Shown here piece after piece: positions 48,499-58,192 of a stretch of 64,000 bases of DNA (positions are counted from its first letter, which is position 1; every line of letters starts with the position of its first letter). The position numbers and the translations under genes were made by a program. The DNA comes from Azolla caroliniana. Lineage: Eukaryota > Plantae > Polypodiophyta. The DNA is taken from NCBI GenBank assembly GCA_043228905.1, contig JBHGNT010000002.1, positions 17,794,001 through 17,858,000 of the forward strand. Reading direction: 5' to 3'. The notes beneath the pieces were generated by a model. That model made no database searches. It saw only the letters and a program-made list of their open reading frames with translations, and was not told the origin of the DNA.

Positions 48499-50642
48499 TC
48501 TCGGTTTTCGGAACCGAGGGAATCACGGTTACGTTCGTGGTTCGGCCTTACCGTCAAAAACTGGACCGAATGGCGCCCGTCTTGGCTTTTGACCCTCGCG
48601 TAGGCCGAACCATTGTCCAGCACTTTGGTCTCCATCCGCGCCGCCGTAATGTACGGTTCTCCCAGAATGACCGGGTGCGAAGACGTCTCCTGCACGAAGA
48701 AGTGTTGGTCAATCTCGACGTCGCCAATCTTGACCCGCACATTCGGACAGGCCCCGTGCAGTTCCTCGGTGGCGCGCGTTGCTGCCCTTATTTTCCACCC
48801 GTGCTTGGTGTTGATCGGCCATTTGCCCTTCTTATAGAAGTCCATGGACATCAAATTGATCTCCGATCCGTGGTCCACCAAAGCTATCACCGGTTCCTGG
48901 ACATCGCCGATCTTCACCGGGGTTTCCGTGGTCGCTCGGGCCCAGTGTGGTCTCGAATAGTGGCTTTCCGCCCACTCGTCTCCCAGCGCCATGTCATCTA
49001 GGTGCGTCGTCCGCACTTCCACCGGTCTTTCCGGTCCTGTCTCCGTCGACAGCCTCTTCCGTTTCACCAAGTCCACGATGGAGTCGTGGAACTCCTTCTT
49101 GGCGATTCCCAGCACCTCCCGTAACGACAGCTCCACCTTGCTGTCGAGGATCCGTTCCTCCAGGACCTTTCGTAAGTCCGTGGTTCTTTCTATCTCCGTC
49201 CCCAGACGGTACCCGCCCTTCTGGGGTTTATCTCGCGTACCGGCCCCGCCGGCTTCGTCCCGTCGCGGCCCGGACCGGGTCTCGTATCGTTGTGAGGGCC
49301 CGGTCGTCCCGGGTTTCCCCACCCGCTTCTCTTCTACCAGAGCCTCGTAGTTCCGGCAAGCGGCTTCCACGAAGCCCGTCTTCTCCTCGACCGGGTCGCT
49401 CCACCCGGTCCTCTCCCGTACCCGTTTCTCCGCACGGTCCGATTCCTCCCTTTTAAGCCCTGCACCGGCAAGGCCTCCCAGCATCGTCGGCCAGAATCCG
49501 GCTTCGCTTTCCCTTCGGGCCTCGCCGCCCCCGACTCGAATGCCGGCTGACGCCGAGTAGTGGACGGTTTCCGCGTGTCGGGCCGCCGCCTCTTCCATCA
49601 CCCTTTTCATACCGCCCTTTCCGTCGTTTCGGCTCAGGGCCCTTCGGGTGTCGCTGGCATGCACCCGTCCTTCCCACAGGTACACCACCCTGTTCCTCAG
49701 CGCCTCCGCGAAGTCGCCGCAGTCCTTCCGAATGTGGCCGACTTCATCGCACCACATGCACCTGTTTCCTGCCGCCGGCCGTCGGTCACGAGCCGGTTCG
49801 CCTCCTTCCCTTCGGGCCTGCGCGATTTGGAGGTCCTTTATCGCCTTTGTCAATTCCTCCAGCGCCGCTCCTCCGGTTGAGCCTCTGACTACGCCGGTCG
49901 AAGCCGAACCGGTCTCCAACCACTCTCGGGTCTCTTCCTTTCGCACCTGTGGCGCTGGATCGAGCTTCCTTGCTGCGACCGAGCCCGACCCGGTTGCACC
50001 GTTATCCGCCCATTCTCGCCGTTTGTCGAAACGGCCACAGACCTTCCTGACAGCCGCCCAGTCCGTAGTGAGCCCGTCTTCGGTTTCCAGCAAGAAGCCC
50101 ACTTGCTCCCGATCCCGCTCGTCGACCGTCTTGACAAACAGCAAGACCCGGCTCGTGTCCAGGATGGTTCGGTCAAGCGCCGAAAGGCGCGCAAAGTTTT
50201 CCTCGAACTCCCGGAGGAGCGCCGACGCGTTTCTTCCCTTCCCCGGGGACTCCACCCATTCCATGAACCTTCGCTTCGAAAGCCGGAGCGCGTCGTCCAG
50301 TCCGTATTTCTCTAGGAGCCGACCTTCGAACTCCTCCCAGGTACGGCTCTCCATCCGCACCTCGAGCACCTCCGCGTGGATGCTCGGCATCGCCACTCGG
50401 GGAAATCCGGCAAGACGCCTTTCTTCCGGAATGTCCCGCATCAGCATCTCTGCACCGTAGGACGCCAAATACTTCGTGGCATCCTTCCCATCGAACCGGC
50501 CGATCGTGCCGACGACCGCCTCAATAGCTCTGTCGAGGGCACCGGTGCTCTCGCGCGCGTTTACAATCCGATCCACGGCCGAAGCCATGGCCTCTGCGAG
50601 ATCCGACCCTCTCATTTCCTGCTCTTCTGCCGCCTCTTTCAC
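48489..50642 (-). CDS. gag: Gag-protease polyprotein of F
   Basis: 717-aa ORF with zinc knuckle CMWCDEVGHIRKDC and aspartic protease ALVDHGSEINLM...VILGEPY. Confidence 0.93.
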   Translation of the reverse strand: MKEAAEEQEMRGSDLAEAMASAVDRIVNARESTGALDRAIEAVVGTIGRFDGKDATKYLASYGAEMLMRDIPEERRLAGFPRVAMPSIHAEVLEVRMESRTWEEFEGRLLEKYGLDDALRLSKRRFMEWVESPGKGRNASALLREFEENFARLSALDRTILDTSRVLLFVKTVDERDREQVGFLLETEDGLTTDWAAVRKVCGRFDKRREWADNGATGSGSVAARKLDPAPQVRKEETREWLETGSASTGVVRGSTGGAALEELTKAIKDLQIAQARREGGEPARDRRPAAGNRCMWCDEVGHIRKDCGDFAEALRNRVVYLWEGRVHASDTRRALSRNDGKGGMKRVMEEAAARHAETVHYSASAGIRVGGGEARRESEAGFWPTMLGGLAGAGLKREESDRAEKRVRERTGWSDPVEEKTGFVEAACRNYEALVEEKRVGKPGTTGPSQRYETRSGPRRDEAGGAGTRDKPQKGGYRLGTEIERTTDLRKVLEERILDSKVELSLREVLGIAKKEFHDSIVDLVKRKRLSTETGPERPVEVRTTHLDDMALGDEWAESHYSRPHWARATTETPVKIGDVQEPVIALVDHGSEINLMSMDFYKKGKWPINTKHGWKIRAATRATEELHGACPNVRVKIGDVEIDQHFFVQETSSHPVILGEPYITAARMETKVLDNGSAYARVKSQDGRHSVQFLTVRPNHERNRDSLGSENREDF

Positions 50643-50655
50643 GTCGGGTTCACCA
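50639..50655 (-). promoter_or_regulatory. Primer binding site complementary to the tRNA-Trp 3' end
   Basis: TGGTGAACCCGACGTGA is the reverse complement of UCACGUCGGGUUCACCA (plant tRNA-Trp 3' end, from recollection). Same PBS in A-F, with one mismatch in A. Confidence 0.85.
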
Positions 50656-50658
50656 AGA

Positions 50659-51318
50659 TGTCGGGGTTGCTACGCCCTAGCGTGCAGAAAGGAGGAGGGA
50701 CCACGGGGGTCTTGGACCGAAGAGCAAGAGAGAGAGAGGAGAAGGAGAGACCCGATTACACAGAACCCAAGATTGCACAGGGACACGGCCCAACAAACAG
50801 AGATCACAAATAAACGCCGACACAGATGGACGCAACCACGGAAGATATGTACTTATGAATGCAAGAAAATAACAGCTAAAGTGTTACAACCCACGGTGGG
50901 GCACTAAATAGATAATAACGAAAACGAACAGGGCGGCGAACAGATGCCGACCCCTGTATGTCGCGATGCACGGAAAGGGGGGAAACAGGTCGGAGGTGCT
51001 GCAGGACGCACTCGGGCGTTCCACGGAACAGCGCAAGCCTCCTCGAAACCTGCACAGGTACGCGATGGAGCAGAAGACAGAGAGAGCAGGAGCTTCGAAT
51101 CGGTTCCGCAGCACTTCGTCCTCTCCGCGCGAGATGTCTTTTCCTATTCTTCCTCTTCCTTTTTATATCCCGTCAAGAGGCCGTTTGGCATTAACTGCAT
51201 ACCAACCGAATCTACCCACCTAGGATCCTTGTATGTACTTCTTGGCGCGCGTGTGTGTAGAGCCGTTTCCCTCGCCTTGTTCCTCCGATTCCTCTTGTGG
51301 GCGGTTTTCTTCACGACA
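50659..51318 (-). repeat. 5' LTR of F
   Basis: Direct repeat of 44269-44928; PBS lies 3 nt downstream. Confidence 0.95.
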
Positions 51319-54300
51319 ACGGCCACCGCCCTTCTCTCCGGTCTTATGTTGGCATTTGAGCGCAACCGCCATAGTCTCTGGTCTCAGTGTCGAGGGGTCT
51401 CTCCTCTGTCCGCTATGACCTTCCTCGTTGTCGTTTCGATCGTCCGCTTTGCCACCGCCACCTTCCGTCTCTCTGGTCTCACGTGGGCTCTTGGGGCCGA
51501 CCGCTGAAGCCTCTAGGACTGGTGTGGGTAAGATCCCGGCATCGCCGCTCATTATGTCCGTAGCCACCTCCATTCGGACATCGTGGTCCGTGGCTATCTC
51601 GTCCCCGGTTACGCAAGCCTCGATTATGCTTGCTACCTCCTCATCCTCATCGTCGTCTCGGTTGCCCGCCTTGCCGTCGCCACCGCCCGTCGCTCTAGGA
51701 CTCATGCCGGCACTCGGGCCAACCGCCGAAGCCTCTAGGACCGGCGTGGGTAAGGACCCAGCACCACCACTCGTTGTGTCCGTAGCCACCTCTATCCGGA
51801 CGTCGTTGTCCGCAGCTACCCCGTCTCCGATCGCGGAAGCCTCGATTACGCTTGCCGCCTCCTCTTCCTTGATCTCCTTGCCGTCGTCTTGGTTGCCCGC
51901 CTTCCCGCCGCCATCGTTCATCACTCTAGGTCTCACATCAGCTCTCAGGCCGGATGCCAGAGTCTCTAGAATCGGTGTGGGTAAGGTTCTGGCACCACCA
52001 CTCGTCTCCTCCCCGCTCGATGTTTTGGGCCATCGTGTCCCGAAACCTCCGCCCACTCTTGAAGTGGTGCTCCCCGCTTTGTAGTCACCGGCCTCGTCCA
52101 TGGCCGTCCCTTTTCCGCAAGACGAGAGGGTCGCTTGCCCTGCACCCTCTCCCATGTCATCGCCGTTGCACGCTCTTCCAGCCTCTGTATAGGCCCCGTC
52201 GTCCACGCATAGGGAGGCTTCTTCCTCCGCATCCTCAGATCGACTCCGGCCCGATTCCATAATAAGCCTTTCTTTAGCTTCGAACTTCACCTTCACGCTC
52301 TCGCACGCCTCCCATACCAACGCCTCTAGGTCGTACTCCTCCGGTTGATCGCGCGTCGAGCTCTCTTCCGATGGTAGTGCGTAGCCGCTCACCGCCCTCT
52401 CTTCTCCGCCGCTCATGGGCCATGTTGTTGCCGACCGCTCCCCATAGGGTTGTCAGCATACCCACTCCGGTTCCGCGTATCCGTACGCTTCCAATAGGGC
52501 TCCCTCAAAGGACTCCCACGACTCGTGAGCTTCTCGTAGCTCCTTGACCTCCTTGTGCACCGATACGGCCGCCACTCGAGGAAAATACTCTAGCTGCATC
52601 GCCTCGTTCACGCCCCCTTTCGCCATCTCGGCCTTGTAGGCTCCCAAACATTTTGGGACCTCATTCCCATTGAACCAACCGACCCGATCGACCACCCTTT
52701 CAACGGTTTGTTGAGCCGTATCTCGCTTCGCCATCTTCCGTCCAACTTCCATCACGATCTTTGCCATCATCTCCTCGAAGTCGAAGTCTTCTTCCATCTC
52801 CATGCTCCCTTTCGGCCTTTCACGTCGGGTTCACCAAAGATGTTGCATTGTTATGCGCGTGCTTGTAGAAGGGGCGGGACCACGGGGGTCTCGGACTAGG
52901 GAGTAGAGGAGAAAGAATAAGACACAAAATGGAAGCTTAGTTCAAGAGGAGATGAGAAAGAATAAAACAATAACATAGAATAGACGGCGGCAAGATACTC
53001 AAGAAGTTAATTTAAGGAAACATAAATGCTTTACAATGGTGGCCGCCATGGCCGCACCAAACGACTATGACAAAACCCTAACCGAAGATGAATAAGGAAA
53101 ACCCTAAACGAAACCCTAACCCTAAAATGGTAAGAGCTCTAGACTAAGTGGTATACCCTTCATACGCAAAATAGGCAACCCTTCATAAGTGACCCCTCCC
53201 TTCATTTTATAGCCCAAGGAGGGAGGAACCTTACAATGTGGGACAAAATTTCCCCTCTTATTTCTATACACCATTTCCTAGTACACGTGTGCACATGTTG
53301 CACACCACCGACTTGCCCTTTCCACCCCGGTTTCCGCCTATGGACAAAAATCTTCACGACAACATTATCTCCCAATTTTGGAGTTTGCTTATAACAACTC
53401 CAAGCATACGTCGACGGGATATAGTCCTTTTATGTTGATGTATGGTTTTCAGCCACGAGCCCCGATTGATGTTAATATACATCATGATGAGTTGCGAAGT
53501 ACGCAAAACTTTCTTTGGGATATGCAAGATATGTTGCATATTGCACGAGATAATATAAAAACAGCTCAAGATAGAGCGTGTTTTTATGCTGACCATCATA
53601 GGCAACCTCGTGTATTCAACCCTGGACAGAAGTTATTTTTACGTGCACCTCACAATTCTAAGACATTGTCTACGGGTAAGTGCGCTAAGTTAGCCCCACG
53701 GTTTTGTGGATGTTTTACAGTCCTCAAACGCTTGGGTCATCAACCTATCGTCTCGCTCTTCCCAATGGTGTTGGAACTCATCCAGTCTTCCATGTGAGTC
53801 GTCTAAAAGAACTTCTAGGTTCTGGCGACAACACAATTACAACTGAAACTCTGGTTACTTCTGAAGATTTATCTTCGAAACCACATGTACATGTACCAGA
53901 AAGAATTCTCGATGTTAAAACAAAAAAATTACGTACTAAAGAAATCTGAGAATTTAAAATAAAATGGATGGATAAATCAATAAAAGATGCCACATGGGAA
54001 CGCGAAAATACTCTCAGAACTAACTTCCCTAACTTTCCATTGCAAGAGTGCAAGGTTTTAAAGAGGGGAAGTATGTTATGGGCATGACCATATAATATCC
54101 CGTGGTGAGAATTTACCGTAGTATTCTATACACGTGGATAAGTGTGAGGGTTAAATGAGAGTGTAAAGAACGAGAGGATTACTTTTAATCCTCAGGATTG
54201 AGACAACCCATTAGGCCAAGTGTGAACTTGCCTAGGGGCCTTGGGTATCGCTATAAATAAGAGGCCTAGCTACCCTCATTTGATCATCTTGTTGACTACG

Positions 54301-54838
54301 TCGAGACTCTGTCTTGTGGTGGGTCAACTCTTGTAGCAAGCGCGCCAGCACCAGGTACAACTCGACGCCACGACAATGGTATGGGATGCCGATCGAGGCT
54401 CGAGTCCGTCTCCTCCCTTCTATCATTAGTTTATCCTTATCTTAAGCTTACTTTAGTACCTAGATCTCTAATAGGTTGCCTATTTTGCGTATGAAAGGTA
54501 TACCACTTAGTCTAGAGTTCTTACCGTTTTTGGGTTATGGTTTCGTTTAGGGTTTCCTTATTCATCCTCGGTTAGGGTTTCTCATAGTCGTTTGGTGCAG
54601 CCCATGCGGCCACCATTGTTGTAATCATTTGTTTGTTTTAATATATCTTGTTGAGTATCTTACCTTTGCCGATCTCTCCTTCTATGTCATGATCTTATTC
54701 TTTCTTCTTCTCCTCTTGAGCTAAGCTTCCAAAACATATCTTATTCTTTCTCCTCTACTCCTTAGTCCGAGACCCCCGTGGTCCCGCCCCTTCTACACGC
54801 ACGTGCGTAACAACACGACAACGCGCATCTTCGCGACA

Positions 54839-57800
54839 ACGCCATGTGCCCTCTTTCTTTTTTACCAAAAGAGCAGGTGCACCCCATGGAGATTTACTAT
54901 AACATATATAACCCATTCGTAAATAGTCCTTGAGTTGCTTAGCTACCTCATCCTCTTCGAATCGACTTAAGCGATAAAAATTGCTTAGGTATACTTATTG
55001 GTGCAACGCGAGGTACAATATGTATATGATGGTCTAAAAATTGTACGGGAGATCCATTGATATAGCCATTTGCACGTAGTAAATCATTGGGTCCCAATAC
55101 ATAGTGAGGGAAAGAACATTGGCAATTACTTAAATGATGTGTATAGACCTCAAGGTCATTAGGAATCTGACCTTTATGGTCTGCAACTTTTGCTTTGTTG
55201 TCGTGTTTTTTCCGTTGGAGCTTTCGACATTGTTCTTTTGTATGACCCTTCTTTTTGTAGAATACGCAAAAAGGATGTTGTCGTTTACAATCATGATCCA
55301 TGAATTCGTTGGGTGTCTTGTGTTTCCCAGCGAATTGCGACTGCTTAGTCTCAGGCGCTTCGTTGGGTTTGTTATGGTCCTTCTTCGAAGTGCGTTGATA
55401 GCGAAGAACTATTTCAACAGCCTCTTCGAAGGATTTTGGATCCTTATCGTGCACGATCTAGTGATAGTCCAAATTGGGGATGCCATTAACAAAACAAGCT
55501 ATTAACCAGTTGTCCCCAACTAGACCTGTTTTTTGGATTTGGGTTCTAGCATGGTGAACATAGTCTTCTAGCGAGGAAAACTTCCAGCTAGAGAGGTTTA
55601 TTAAAGCTTGTGCTGCCTCGGTTTGAGAGGGAGGTTCCAGAAATTGGCCCTTGAAAACTATGACAAAATCTGTCCAAGTATCGACCAATTTCCCCAAAGT
55701 TCAGAGCACATGCCACCAAGCGGCGGCCTTACCCCCTAATTCTCGGCCGACATATGCAATCTTCGTAGTATCTAGCGTGGGATAGAGCTCAAAATGAGAC
55801 TCCCATCAACCCAGCCATGTGCAGATTACTTCTTCGGTTCTTTCCTTTTTCTCTCTCGTAAATGGCTTTACAAAACATGATGGTTCACCCTGACACTCAA
55901 CAGGTCTATTAGTGTCATGTTGTAAACTAATGACACGTGCCTCGAGAGCACTTTGAGATTGCCGAAGTTCGGACATCTGATGAGTGGTTGAACTAAGGAA
56001 ATTTTGTATTTGTAAGAAGTACGAGTCAATGGAGATTAGCCCGGGAGGATTTCCTTGAGTTCCTTCCGCTTGAGCGGATGACATCGGGTCATTATTCTGA
56101 GCCATTGAATGATTATTTCTGGCAAAGCAATAGGATAAGGTCAGACAAATAGTCATAACATCAAGTCATGATGTAAACATATCATGGGCCAACATTAATC
56201 GATATCATGATCTCACGTCAATACCTCTCTAGACGTATGAGATGAGGTTCAAGATCGGGTTACTATGGTAACACAAAGGTGTTTTAAAAACCATGGGGGT
56301 GACAAATGAATGTCTTTCCATTATCTCTATATCGATTTTTTCATGGCGGCTCCCCAAGGCTCAACCACGTATGTTCGCGTCATGAATAGTTTATACACGA
56401 AAAAAATGTTAACAGTAAACTATGTTTCTGTGCCACTTATGTGGTTTTGGCTCTTTAAGTCGTATTACGAGGACCCCGAAGTGCACTTAGACCTAAATTC
56501 TAAACATGTATTATAGTCATATGTATCAACAATGTTGTATGTTCTTGGTCATATTTGAACTCGAGACCTCGAGAACAAATGCTTTAAACACTTGACCTAA
56601 CCAAATAGGTTACATGTGTTGAATGTTTAACGTTTTATGCGCATAAGAGATATGCGAGGCATTTGCCCATATATGTTTTTTTAAAAGAAAGATATATGTC
56701 AAGAGTCCCTCTTTCCCTCTCGTTTACCATAAACTATGTTTTTACGTTACCTAACCTCAAGTCTCATAATAATGATGGCACACGCCACAGTGCAACCTAA
56801 TGGTCAAGCCAAATGAGCCCTCTTTTCGTAGTAGGCCCATGTGGTCCATCACATGGTTACATCATTACGAATGCCTTTTGTAAGAATGATCTCATGGTGC
56901 CATTGTATCCATGTAATGAGGGAGGGATGTTGGATATGTGTGTCATAGGAGCGACCTCACATGAAGTGGATCAAGCCCTACGTTCGCAACATCATTGTGG
57001 CTATGAGCATTTCGTTACATAACGAAATCGAAGTGACCAATGGGAATGTCAACAAAAAAAATTGTTGAAAAAAGGATGGTGACTATGCCATTCTCACAAA
57101 AATGTGAGGACAGTCACCAAGATCCTTTCCCCGAATTTACACATACGATATAGAAATCACGTAAAAACTAATATACACATATGTATATTTATCACATATA
57201 TACGATCAAATATGTATACACATGACCACATATGCATATATAAAAAAATCGTAGAATCAAATAGCCAACAATGATGTAATCGAGGCATATAGCCTTTACG
57301 CACACGAAAAATCCAAAAATAAGGGTTAACTGTAATACGAAATTGAGGTATGGACCTCTTACACATACGACACCAGACACATACGTAACATTTGTATGTG
57401 AACGTAATACGCAATTGAGGTATTAACCTCGTACGCATACTACACAAATCACATATCAAATATATGTCAAATGAGGTATTGATCTCATACACATATGAAT
57501 GTGTTTTATACAATCAATCCATTACCACTACAACATCATTGAATCAATAAAGAAAAAACATACTGACTATACATGGTTAGATTGGGAGAAGAAAAAATAG
57601 AAAAAAAACAAGACAGAGTTACCGAAGTTCCTTTGTTGATCGCAATCTGGATCAAGGTCGACCTCACATCGATCGATCACCATCCATCAAGAAGACAACA
57701 AAAACCAACAAAAGATACATTAGAAACATAATCTCTAATACTAGCATGATGGTCTAATGTAAGCATATGATAAGGATATAATATATATGAAATAAGAAAG

Positions 57801-58192
57801 GAGAGAGAGAAAGAAGGGTGCCGATCCACCCAACCACCCCCAAGCGAAGCGATCGAGACAAACTCGAGCCTCGATCGACGTCCCATACCACCGCCGTGGC
57901 GTCGAGTCGTACCCAATGCTGGCACGCTCGCTACAAGAGTTGATGCACCACGAAACAAAGTCTCGACGTAGTCAAGAGATGATGAAGTGAGGGTAGCTAG
58001 GCCTCCTATTTATATGCAGACCTAAGGCCCCCAGGCAAGTTCACACTTGGCCTAATGGGTTGTCTCAATCCCGAGGATTAAAAGTAATCCCCCCCTTCTT
58101 TATACTCTTGTTTAACCCTCACACTTTATCCACATGTATGAATACTACGGTAAAATCTCACCACAAGATATTATATGGTCATGCCCGTAACA
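54839..58192 (-). mobile_element. Element H: chromovirus-family Ty3/Gypsy 5' half (LTR 57747-58192, long UTR, gag, PR, start of RT), related to G
   Basis: LTR begins TGTTACGGGCATGACCA as in G; UTR homologous to 39070-40050; gag knuckle CVFYKKKGHTKEQC; RT SPWGAPALLVKKK truncated at 54839. Confidence 0.85.

Larger units (their letters stand above)
44269..51318 (-). mobile_element. Element F: intact, very young autonomous non-chromovirus Ty3/Gypsy (Phygy/Selgy-like), 7050 bp
   Basis: 660-bp LTRs (44269-44928, 50659-51318) with one mismatch noticed; TSD ACGG; tRNA-Trp PBS; PPT; two uninterrupted ORFs. Confidence 0.96.
41413..53361 (-). mobile_element. Element E: Gag-only non-autonomous Ty3/Gypsy (D family), split by F
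   Basis: LTRs 41413-41924 and 52841-53361; PBS 52820-52836; gag 52453-52803 plus acidic repeat ORF 52416-51323; TSD ACAT/ACAT. Confidence 0.92.
38596..54473 (+). mobile_element. Element G: chromovirus Ty3/Gypsy with gag, PR and most of RT deleted; integrase split by element E
   Basis: LTRs 38596-39052 and 54074-54473; PBS TGGTATCAGAGC at 39055; 5-bp TSD GGTTG. RNase H FEVETDASDYAI; IN IVSDRDP/HPQSDGQTER; chromodomain PERILD..FKIKW..DATWE at ~53890-54040. Confidence 0.92.
33254..54820 (+). mobile_element. Element D: Gag-only non-autonomous Ty3/Gypsy with internal repeat array; 3' LTR split by chromovirus G
   Basis: 5' LTR 33254-33814; PBS 33819-33835; gag from 33845; no pol motifs; 3' LTR 38360-38595 + 54479-54820; TSD ATGC/ACGC. 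Confidence 0.9.
29620..54838 (+). mobile_element. Element B: Gag-only non-autonomous Ty3/Gypsy, probably chimeric; 3' LTR split by element D
   Basis: 5' LTR 29620-30244; PBS 30250-30266; gag remnants 30283-32321; PPT ~32613-32627; 3' LTR 32628-33253 + 54825-54838. LTRs are related but divergent and the flanks differ (CCGT vs ACGC). Confidence 0.82.

Noticed and set aside
45082-50907. Many antisense and alternate-frame ORFs over F (e.g. 47774-48592, 49648-50460, 46733-47668)
   Set aside because: Shadow ORFs expected from the high GC of gag and pol
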